Below are positions 1-64,000 of a DNA stretch of 64,000 bases, in pieces. How positions within the stretch are numbered: position 1 is the first letter of the stretch; each line of letters begins with the position of its first letter. This DNA comes from Tubiluchus corallicola (lineage: Eukaryota > Animalia > Priapulida). The stretch lies in assembly GCA_030141605.1 (NCBI GenBank), contig JAQGDQ010000805.1, positions 1 to 64,000 of the forward strand, given 5' to 3'. Under the pieces are notes generated by a model, which was given only the letters and a program-made list of their open reading frames with translations, searched no databases and was not told where the DNA came from. The position numbers were made by a program, and so were the translations under genes.

Positions 1-92
1 CATAGGGAATTTTGCGCAATGTGCTTATGTTTATTAAAGCGAATAAAGTTTATACGCATTTTATATAACTGAGCCGCATATGTAATAGACGC

Positions 93-260
93 GTATTTTT
101 AACAATTATAATATACTATATTTTTAACAAATATATTAAATGCATATTTTTAACAATTATAATAAACGTGTATTTTTAACAATTATAATAAACGTGTATT
201 TTTAACAATTATAATAAACGTGTATTTTTAACAATTATAATAAACGTGTATTTTTAACAA
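93..260. repeat. 26-bp minisatellite, about 6 copies
   Basis: Unit tatttttaacaattataataaacgtg. Confidence 0.85.
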
Positions 261-602
261 GTAAAAGGTAAAGTATCGACGTCATTAATTGATAACTTTA
301 TAAAATCAAGAAAAACGCATATTCATATAATGTATTGAGAATTCAGCTGACTACAGTTTTACAACTCATTGCAATGCATCACAAATACAATGCAATATAT
401 TACAATGCAAAAAGCCCCACACAGACAGCAGCAAGAAGGCTAAAAACATAATAAAATAAGCGATTGTGCTTTAGTTTTCCGAGTTTTTAATAGTGAGTTA
501 TTATTTGTTTGTATGTAAAAATTGTAATTAATGATATTTTGTGTTAAAGAAACGTGTTTGAAAACATGTATGCAAGTGAACGACTTTAAAACAGTTAAAC
601 AA

Positions 603-1770
<1,168 letters not shown>

Positions 1771-2071
1771 TATATGGCGACGACGATGACGAGGATGATG
1801 ATTAAAAACAATTTCCTTTAATATTCGTATAATTACAATGTCGTTGTCACTAAAAATTACAACTGTTTGGTGCTTAGACATCAAGAAAAAGTTTACGCGA
1901 ATAAAACAAACGACTATAGACAATATTAGCTGATAGTAAATTTGGAGAGTTGACAAAGCCTACGACGTCGAAGTTGCTTGAGCGCTGCCCTCCGATCTAC
2001 TTCGTAACTGTCAATGACGATCTTCATAGCTACGACGCGTAATACCTGACAACGCGGTACTATGGAAAGAA

Positions 2072-2090
2072 TGACGTCATATCTTTATTA
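2072..2090 (+). promoter_or_regulatory. CRE palindrome (TGACGTCA) plus AT-rich TATA-like box, TG-A promoter
   Basis: TGACGTCATATCTTTATTA, identical to 29977-29995; begins 164 nt upstream of the ATG. Confidence 0.65.
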
Positions 2091-2235
2091 GAGGGAACTC
2101 CTTCGAACTTTGTTCTCATCGTCCCCCAGCTTGCTCAGCTCCCGGGTGGCTAGAAACATCACTGCCTGGTATGAGCTGATATACTCGAGTTTTCGAATGA
2201 TTTGAATTCTCGACGCAAGCGCCAGTTTTACCATC

Positions 2236-28379
<26,144 letters not shown>

Positions 28380-28920
28380 TCTTATGCCTCAGTTATATTG
28401 TTCAAAACAATGCTAGGCTTTTATTGCTGGCACATTTTATAGAAGCTAATTATAATTTTTCTTCTGTTACTATACAAACTGCTCTGACACTGGATAGTTA
28501 GTGTCAAATTTTACAGAGTATTTAAAGAGTGATAGCTTCTTTTTATCTGTAACTAATTGAAGTACATGGATTGCAAAAAAGAGAAAACACAGGAAAACTG
28601 AAGGTTTTGTTCTGTTTTTTAAATAATTACAGTGCTATCAAATGTCGGTGAATTTATCAAAGGCTTGGCTTCTTGGCGTAAAGCGAGCGACACCTGCTTA
28701 CTTTCTGTTATCCGGTTCTACTAATTAGTGTCCTGGGACGTCAAAAAGCGTCAAGGAGTGTCAGGAAATAGTGTCAAAAGCAAATGAGTAATGACACTTT
28801 GATCACGAATTTCATCAAGCATTAACACTATAAAATTTATTTCTATATAGGTTAATTACATAGATGATTAATTTGTAAAACGCCTATATAAAGCAGCCAA
28901 AGATGATCGTAATGCAAAGA

Positions 28921-29210
28921 AGACTTAGTATTTTATCTTCATAAGCACCTACAACTTGTTGAGTGCGTTAGCATATAACACCGGACAATAACTGTTCTTC
29001 AGTATTTAAAGTTATTAAGAGACTTAGTATTTTGTTTTCGTAACAACCTATAACTTATTGAGTCCATCTGGATATGAAACAGGATAATAACTGTTCTTTA
29101 GTAGCACTTAACGTCATTACGATACTTAATATTTTGATTTCACAAGCATCTATAACTTATTGAGTACGTCAGCATATAACACCGGATATAAACTCTTCAG
29201 TACTTAATTA
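28921..29210. repeat. About 100-bp tandem repeat, 3 diverged copies, downstream of TG-A
   Basis: Unit gacttagtatttt...cta.aactt.ttgagt...gcatataacaccgga.aataactgttctt.agta. Confidence 0.8.
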
Positions 29211-29976
29211 CATAAGTCAGCTCAGCTAACCTATGTTACTACAGCTTCCAACATGGTCTATTTAGTTCAGACTTTAGCCAGTACTTTAGGAATTTTACTA
29301 GGACTGGAAAGTCCTGGATACATGATACGGCGCTTATAGCATTTTTGGACCGTAGCTCTTTCCGGAGGTAGAGGTAATGTCACCAACTAAGCTTCCTTTT
29401 ATTCCAATCAAAGCATAAGCTATTTTGGCAGAGTATCAGTAACTTTCTATTCTAATTTTGCTGCACCAGATCTCCCGAAATTCCGTTTAGAGCAGTACGT
29501 CAATTTAACGAGTAATAGCCAGTTTACTTGTGTCTTCGCCGCGCGGCACCGACACCTAACCCTCTTGTGTGTCAATGCCCTTTAATCACTTTCTGTCGCC
29601 ACAGTAATTAAGTCTTGACTTTGAATGTTAACAAACATTCGTGAGAAGCCATGTTGGACGACATCACTGGCTCAGCATGTTTGACACACTGTGTCGAACC
29701 TGATTTCAACTTCTAGATAAGGTAAGAATGGGATGACCTTGTCTTGTAGCAAGACGATTTATTAGCTAGATAGTCTGTTCAGCTGAGTGTATAATCAATC
29801 GAATGCTGTCTGTTTGGCGGGAGGCAAGAATGATTTAAATTTCTTTTGCGTTTTTAAGAAAAACACTTTATGCGCATTTATTACGCAACAATTTCAATGT
29901 ATGTAAATGTTTACAAAGATACAATAAGTATTGTTAAAGAATTTCAATTAAATAAAATTTGCTACCATGGAAAAGG

Positions 29977-29995
29977 TGACGTCATATCTTTATTA
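29977..29995 (+). promoter_or_regulatory. CRE palindrome plus TATA-like box, TG-B promoter
   Basis: TGACGTCATATCTTTATTA, begins 143 nt upstream of the ATG. Confidence 0.65.
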
Positions 29996-30119
29996 AAATG
30001 AACTTCTAGCAGAATGTTGTTGCCATAGTTACAGCCTGCTCAGCGCCTAGATCGCTGGAGCATCACCCTGAAAGCGACTTGAATGACTTGAATTTTCGAG
30101 GGAAGCCAATTTTACCATC

Positions 30120-57412
<27,293 letters not shown>

Positions 57413-59610
57413 AAGCATTTTTCAAGTGATTATTATATCCCTAGTAAACAAAAACATTTTCTTGTATATCGTAAACTCAGTAACATTGTTCTTCGTTTTC
57501 AAGGTCCGCTTACCTGTATAGAATGTTTTACTTATAACATGATATCTTATATTGGTGTATTTATAATATCATAAATTGGACCATGGCAATGTTTATTTAT
57601 CGGTGATAGAACCATACCAGAAAGACTTTTATGTTACACGTTTAATATTGCCATATGTTAATATTATCTTTCTTTTATTTGACAGGTAACGTTAGACATC
57701 TAATGTCAAATTTTATCTGCACAATATTTCAATAATGCATGTTTTTACATTTAATTAAAAGTGATTTTGCACAAAGAAAAAACAAAAAAAAACTGAAAGG
57801 TTTTGTTCTGGGTTTTTGAATAATTACACTGCTATCAAGTATCTGTAATTTAACTCCCGCGATTGAAACAACTTTAGAAAACATTGCATGAAGTTTGAAA
57901 AATAAACAGAGCATTCATAGCACACTCTTCATTAACTAATCAAAAAGTTTAAATTACTTTATATTGTCAGTAAGATCAATAATGTGGTTTTGCTGAACTA
58001 GTGATGCACACTGGGATGGTGATGCAGTGATATTTTACCAGGTGGCTCGAATATTTTAAAATCAACAAGAAGTTTGCTTTTCCAATTACATAAGTTTTTC
58101 AAAGAGGTAAGGTTAATGCTAAGTAATAAAATCTTTGCATAATTATATAATAATAAATTACTGGTTTCATCAAATCTTTCAGCCGCATAATCGTCACTCC
58201 AATCAGGTACTTTCCACTCAAATCGTTAAAGTTAAACTGAACCCTCACTATACTATAAACTTCTATGACCTAAAATCCTACTGTCATTACTAATATTCAA
58301 TTTATTTTATTACAAACTTACTGTAAACTTGTTTCTTTTGATTTTTTATTACGTCGTTGTTAGCGGTATTAAATTCGAAGAACCGATATTTTTCGTTGCG
58401 CGAGACGAATGGCGTAATGCGTGCAATCACGAGGTCACCAAAGTTCGGTAAACAAACATCGGTAACCAAAGATGCTTTCTGCACTGACAACGTCATTCTC
58501 GCTCACTCACGCCAAAGACGCGAAACATGGCGACGTTACGTCATAAAGATCATAAAGATCAACGCCTCCCATTCTTTTATTGAATATTTGTATATTAAAG
58601 ACAGAAACAAGGTTTTAATTCATCAAGAACTTGTGCATTTTTTGTTTACTTTTCCCTAGTTTACAGTTAAAAAGTTTGTTTTAAATTAAGCTCCAAAAAT
58701 ATTTATACCGTAAAAACATAATGCCATAATACTTTTTTTGTTTTGGTGATTGTAATAGATTTCAGAACACGCTTTTATCAGCTAAAACATGGACTATGAT
58801 TTCTTTGACACAACACCAGGGTTCCTTTATCAAAACCATTAAACTGATGGTGAATTGTAAATAATTAATACATGTACAATGTACATACAAGCCGTTATGT
58901 GAATCGTAAGTTCAAAGCAGCATAAATAATAAATACATTGTCAACAAGCATATTTACAATAACAATAATAATAACAATAAAGTTAAAATTTCTCATTAAA
59001 ATGCTAGTATTTACAAGTGAAAAACACAAGCGTCAACTTATTCTTCATCTTTGTCACAACAGTGTTTTGCACTGGATTGTTACTTTTGGAATAAGCCTTT
59101 TCACAGTTCCAGCGATTGATGATGATCGTGAAATGGTCAACAGTTAAGTGAACTGCGCATCGGATTTGTGTACATTGGACTCACAGCCCAAGCTATTGTA
59201 ATAGTAACAGTTTTAACAGCAAACTAGAATCTTATCTAGTTCATTTTTTCTTATTCCTAAGCAAGATCCTGCTAGTAAATCACTCTAAATACAAACTAAT
59301 GCATAATTTAGTAAAACAACTGAAGTTAGTGAGCTGATGCGGCAGACGGCTTTGCTTTATACACATGTCACATGACAGTGGTAGTTAAGATGCGTTGCTG
59401 TGATACACTTAACCTTTGATCTGCAGCAACTGAGCGTGCGCACAATGAAACTGTGAAAAGGCTTATTGTCAGAGGAATATATACGTTTGCCTGCAGATCA
59501 TAAAAAGTTTCACTCTTTTGCACTGGCAAACTGTGGGTCCTTGGAATCTCAATCAACTACATGTCTTTTACGGAATAATCTCTCTTATTAAGGCCCTAAT
59601 GAAGCCGTTT

Positions 59611-61440
59611 CTACCTTGACAGCACGAACCATTGCAAGCATAGCAGGAACAACAAGTTTTGATAACTAAAGCACAAATTTGCACTTACACTCTTTGACTT
59701 GACACGATAATAGTTATGATGCCTTTTTCTTATTTCTTCAATTTCGTTCAGTTTATCAATTACCATACCTGACTCCGTCGTGAGACCACCTGTCAAGTGA
59801 AATGGAGTTTCTGTAGACCTTATGGTTAAATGTTTCTTAGAAAATTCTGTTGTACTGCTACCTGACACTGTTTTTAAGGATGTCTTGGTGGAATGAACAG
59901 GCGTTTCCGTTTCTAATGTGGTACTGAAGTTAGTTGATTCCGTTGTAGATGCTTTTGCCGCGTTGTCTAAATCTGCTTTACCTACGCGATCGGTGGTATT
60001 ATAGTTTTCAATCTGGGTGGGGTAAATGTCCACACGCTTTGTTGTCGTTGATGAGGTCTGATTGGATTCTACGTTACTCTGGATTTGAAATGAGTCTGAA
60101 AATACTTCAAAACCTGGATTCGATTTCTCAAGTGTATATTCAGTTGATTCGGTTTGTACCGCCTCTGTTGATGTAAACCCAGTCTTGAGTATTGTTGGTT
60201 CTGAACTTGTTCGGCTATAATATTCATCTCGCTCTGCTGGGTCAATAAATACTTCCAGTGCTGGATTAACATTTTTAAAAGTGTATCTTTGTGTGGACTG
60301 AGTTGAGGTGCGTTCCGTTAAGACTGGTGTGGTCTGGTGCACTGTGGTTTCCAAATGTGATTGGACACGATCCTCATCATCATAGTTATTATCATCCACA
60401 GAAATGGAACCTTCATTTTTACCCTGTCGAATAAAAGGAAGATTCATTGAACGAACTGTAGTTCCCGTTTTGAACGAAGCAAGCTTTTCTGTTATAGTTG
60501 CAGCTGTTTTTGTAACGGATGACTCAGTGACAGAATGATCGTTCGGTTTCCATGTTAGTGGTGATACTGATAAATGATGAAATGAATTAGTTTCTGATGA
60601 CACGTCTGCTTTTTTTGAAACATCGGGTGTGCCGGTTACAAGTGCCACTGGATTAACGTCAGGTTTGTCCTTTGGGAATGGACCCCCAGTTACTCTTGGA
60701 TCCCAGTTGAAGTCGAAGAAAGCTGGGTAAAATGTTTCATTTTCGGACAAATTCTTGTCAACAGTAGCAAATGGTTTTTGAGTTACATCGGCAGTGTCCT
60801 TTTGGAATGGACCCCCAGTCACTTTTGGATCCCAGTCAAAGTCAAAGAAAGCTGGGTAAAATACCTCGCTTTCGGATTGATTCTCGTCTACAGTTGTGGA
60901 GTTATTGTCTGTCACTGTAAATGCTTGCAAATTTGGATGTATATCAACAGCTTCATCTCTAGTGCTTTGTACTGTTAATGAGTTTTCAGATAATGGATTT
61001 TGTATTCGTAAACGGTTGTCCTTTTCTGGCTTATTCGGCAGACTGCTTGGCGTCGTTGAAAAAAGTCTGTAAGTATGTCTCGTATTAGAAGTAGGTGGAT
61101 TATTTGGCGTGGGCAGTTCATACTTCTGATAAGGATTTAAAGGTTGGCCCACCACGACCCCACTTCCTAATGATGGTTGTTGTGATATGATCAAATGTTT
61201 TGATGTGGGATGAATTTCATGAAATGCGGTAGTGCTTACAGTAGTAGTCGAGGTGGTAGTTGGTCTTCTTGTAGTCGTAGTGTAGGAGCATCCATACTGA
61301 TCAGGCGTAGTTTCGTTTAACACTTCACTGATGATCCCCAGCAAAGGATAACGGCCGTTGCCACAATTACCGCGAAAATCATCAAGATCAAAAGCGTGGA
61401 AGCCAATACCTCCTAAGCACTGCCTCTTGGCGTATTTTAT
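59611..61440 (-). CDS. GH18 gene last exon (609 aa): end of TIM barrel, mucin-like stalk, putative GPI signal
   Basis: Acceptor ttcag|ATAAAA; long open frame rich in Thr/Ser; ends NLCFSYQNLLFLLCLQWFVLSR*. Confidence 0.85.
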   Translation of the reverse strand: MKYAKRQCLGGIGFHAFDLDDFRGNCGNGRYPLLGIISEVLNETTPDQYGCSYTTTTRRPTTTSTTTVSTTAFHEIHPTSKHLIISQQPSLGSGVVVGQPLNPYQKYELPTPNNPPTSNTRHTYRLFSTTPSSLPNKPEKDNRLRIQNPLSENSLTVQSTRDEAVDIHPNLQAFTVTDNNSTTVDENQSESEVFYPAFFDFDWDPKVTGGPFQKDTADVTQKPFATVDKNLSENETFYPAFFDFNWDPRVTGGPFPKDKPDVNPVALVTGTPDVSKKADVSSETNSFHHLSVSPLTWKPNDHSVTESSVTKTAATITEKLASFKTGTTVRSMNLPFIRQGKNEGSISVDDNNYDDEDRVQSHLETTVHQTTPVLTERTSTQSTQRYTFKNVNPALEVFIDPAERDEYYSRTSSEPTILKTGFTSTEAVQTESTEYTLEKSNPGFEVFSDSFQIQSNVESNQTSSTTTKRVDIYPTQIENYNTTDRVGKADLDNAAKASTTESTNFSTTLETETPVHSTKTSLKTVSGSSTTEFSKKHLTIRSTETPFHLTGGLTTESGMVIDKLNEIEEIRKRHHNYYRVKSKSVSANLCFSYQNLLFLLCLQWFVLSR

Positions 61441-63439
61441 CTGAAACACGTGCAATTGGACTGATTATTTAGTTTTTTAGTAGTATAAGACTTGGACGCA
61501 TTGACTGGTTTTCAGTGGCTGAGTGTAGAAATGTGTCTACAGAGTCTAATAATGGCGGAAAGTACAATCTATTGATGTTAAGAAATGAAGTGCTTTTAGT
61601 TCGTATTAACGCCAACCATGTTTTTGCCTAACATTTTCATTTTGCTTGTGTTCACAATGATAAATATGTCCCTATATTAAGCATGTAAATTAACACTCAT
61701 CATTGTTCATTCATAATGATATTCATTAAAAATAAAACAAATGTGAAACCTATATTTCTTATTAATGAACATCTTATTAATGCAGCTGGCCACGTTTTCC
61801 GCTTAATATGGCCACTTAAAACCTGATCACTTCTTTAATTATGGAATCACAGTATTGCATCACAATATGCTTTCATTTGAGCTGTAAATTCTTACCTTAG
61901 CCACAATGCTCTCTTCATTATCATAAGTTATCCACTTGTTTGCGAGTACAGCATATGGAACATCGTATTTATTGTCGTAGTATTTCTCGTAAGGGTAATC
62001 CAGGAATGCTGTACAGATCTACAGTAAAACAAACGATTACAAACAAAATAAATAAATTTATACTACGATCAAGTTTTTAAGGTGTGAAATGATACATAAA
62101 GCTGGATTACTCTATAGGTTCACATAGGCTGCTGCCTAGTGACCCTCTTGCTTGGGGGGGGGGGCGCATACTTTGCATAGCTGACTTTAAAAAAGGAGGC
62201 CAGGAAGACTGAAAATCTAATTTTAAAGTGGTTCCTCATTTGAAATAAAGGATCCTTGTTTGAGGCCTTATTTGAGACACAAAGGGCCTTCGTTTGAGGC
62301 TCTTTATTTGGAGCAAGTACCATTCTTGGAGCCCTTTATTTGGAAATCTGGCGCCAGCAGCTGTGCAAATGTTGCTACAATATATCATTCTTGCTTTGCG
62401 TATAGTTTTGGCATAATTACCAACTTAAGTTTATTTTAGTTAATCTACATATCAAGAGTGCTATTGATATTTTAGTATTGGTTGACTTTTTTGTACAAAA
62501 TGTGTCGTACTCTACTAAATTAAGCTTGATTTAAATATTGCAAACTGTTATGATAACTAATCCTGATTTAAAATTAAGATTGCTTAAGTATTATTGATTG
62601 CTTAAGTATAACAATAATGTTTATTACCTATATTATTATGACTCATTTTGCATTTTGTTCTATTGATAGGGGAGACAAAATGACAAAGCTCACAACAACA
62701 AATGTTAAAATTTAAAGTCTGTTATCAAGTCTAATTCTTGTGATGTTAAATTTAAGATTTTGTAAAATGTGAGCTATTATGTAGTTTGCTGTTGCACGAT
62801 ATCAATGCATTTGTAATTCCACGACGGTAAACATATAGTTTACCATACCTGTTACTTAGCATATTGATCAGTGTGAATTCCCCGTTTCGCTACTGTTAAT
62901 AGCAATAATAATGAAGTTTGGCAAATTGTATACAGTTGTAAAAAACAAACAATATTTGTGAAAATAATAAAGTCGTATATAAAATATATATTTAAGTACG
63001 CAGGTACGCTTATATAATGCAGATGCTATAGATGTGTGTATATAAAGTGTGTGAATAAATATAGTTATATGTAATTAATTTTTATAAATGTAAACTAACA
63101 ACTCATACTCTAATTATAATATGAAACTGTTAATTAGGTATAGCATTCTGTAATGTTTGTAATACTATGTAAGTTTTGCCCTACATATAGAAGGCCTGAC
63201 TTGGAATGAATTTCTGAATAAAATATTTATAATAAAAAATATTACTTTACCTCTTGGTAAGACAAGAAACCTTCCTGTTGAGTCAGCGCACCACTTGGAC
63301 AAGCCCCAAGTGCTGGTGAACCAACAGAAGTCTTCTGATCGTCTAACAACCGAAAACATCTTCCATATCCCGCTATGTTTAGAATGGTTTTCTCTGGGGT
63401 AGCACCTTGAAACTGAAACCACTGGTTCAGCACACTCAT
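59611..63439 (-). CDS. GH18 chitinase / chitinase-like protein, 3' part (5' exons lie beyond the window), with Ser/Thr-rich stalk and hydrophobic C-terminus
   Basis: Phase-0 exons 63439-63251 (QWFQFQGATPEKTILNIAGYGRCFRL...GALTQQEGFLSYQE), 62018-61896 (ICTAF...VPYAVLANKWITYDNEESIVAK) and 61440-59611 (IKYAKRQCLGGIGFHAFDLDDFRGNCGNGRYPLL + stalk) match the C-terminal half of animal GH18 domains. The DxxDxDxE motif is not in the window. Confidence 0.9.
61896..62018 (-). CDS. GH18 gene penultimate exon
   Basis: VPYA...WITYDNEESI..K motif; donor AAG|gtaag. Confidence 0.9.
63251..63439 (-). CDS. GH18 gene internal exon
   Basis: GA.PEK...YGR.F.L...G.LSY.E motif; donor GAG|gtaaag. Confidence 0.9.
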
Positions 63440-64000
63440 CTGCAGAAGGGAAACTATTGTTAACATCCCAAATCCGTTTTATATGCCTAGTGACGGCTCA
63501 TATACTTTGACAGTAACAAAGATAACGCAAGAAGTAACAATGAAAAAATATATTGGTCAAATTATCTTCCTTTTTGTTATATTTTAATTTAGTATCGATT
63601 ATTATTTTGTGTTGACTCTGATTTTGTTTGACTCTTGGTTACAAGTTTTTGGTTTTCATTTTGTTTTGTACTTTTATACAGACATTGTTTGTCATTATTA
63701 TGGTTCATTTTTCAAAACATCAATTGTACATACCCTAAATAGAGTAATTTGCTGCAATATGTTGTTATCGTTATAGGGCAGCTGACATGACGACCGCATG
63801 ATCCTTTCGCAGCCCCTTCTCCGTTACATAATTTTTTATTACGATAGTACAGATATTGCTGTATTTTGTGCAGGAAAATAAAATTAATTGAATTGTATTG
63901 AATGGAATTTCACAATATTTTAATGTCCCAAACGGATATGGTTGTCACTTCAAGTTACAATCTGAAGTGATATTTGTCAGGACATCGTGAAAAAATGTTT

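Noticed and set aside
28570-28643. SECIS element
   Set aside because: No in-frame TGA in either TG and no AUGA/GA quartet geometry
29651-29721. Alternative coding first exon for TG-B ending at a strong donor
   Set aside because: All frames leading to the donor contain stops; at most a non-coding exon

Overview
AT-rich, microsatellite-rich genomic DNA from an invertebrate-type animal (spliceosomal introns; species cannot be identified from the sequence). Manual exon walking gives two complete, tandem, head-to-tail papain-like protein-glutamine gamma-glutamyltransferase (transglutaminase) genes on the + strand: TG-A (CDS 2236-28379, 17 exons, 781 aa) and TG-B (CDS 30120-57412, 17 exons, 842 aa). 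They have identical intron phases and intact Cys-His-Asp triads. Each begins with a short shared N-terminal peptide, followed by an exon-encoded polyproline arm ending in a GGG(G)S linker; in TG-B the arm is expanded to 22 tetrapeptides including (VQPP)19. Both enzymes carry an 11-13 residue insertion just before the catalytic His, Trp/Lys-rich in A and His-rich in B. The paralogs share a CRE plus AT-rich promoter motif and a 3'UTR block, and TG-B has a GC-AG intron. Convergent on the - strand is the 3' part of a GH18 chitinase-like gene with a Trp-to-His change at a conserved subsite, a long Ser/Thr stalk with internal repeats and a possible GPI signal. Introns hold LINE, Penelope-like and hAT remnants, foldback elements and many simple repeats. 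Most long ORFs in the supplied track are microsatellite artefacts. All alignments were made by eye; no database searches were run.
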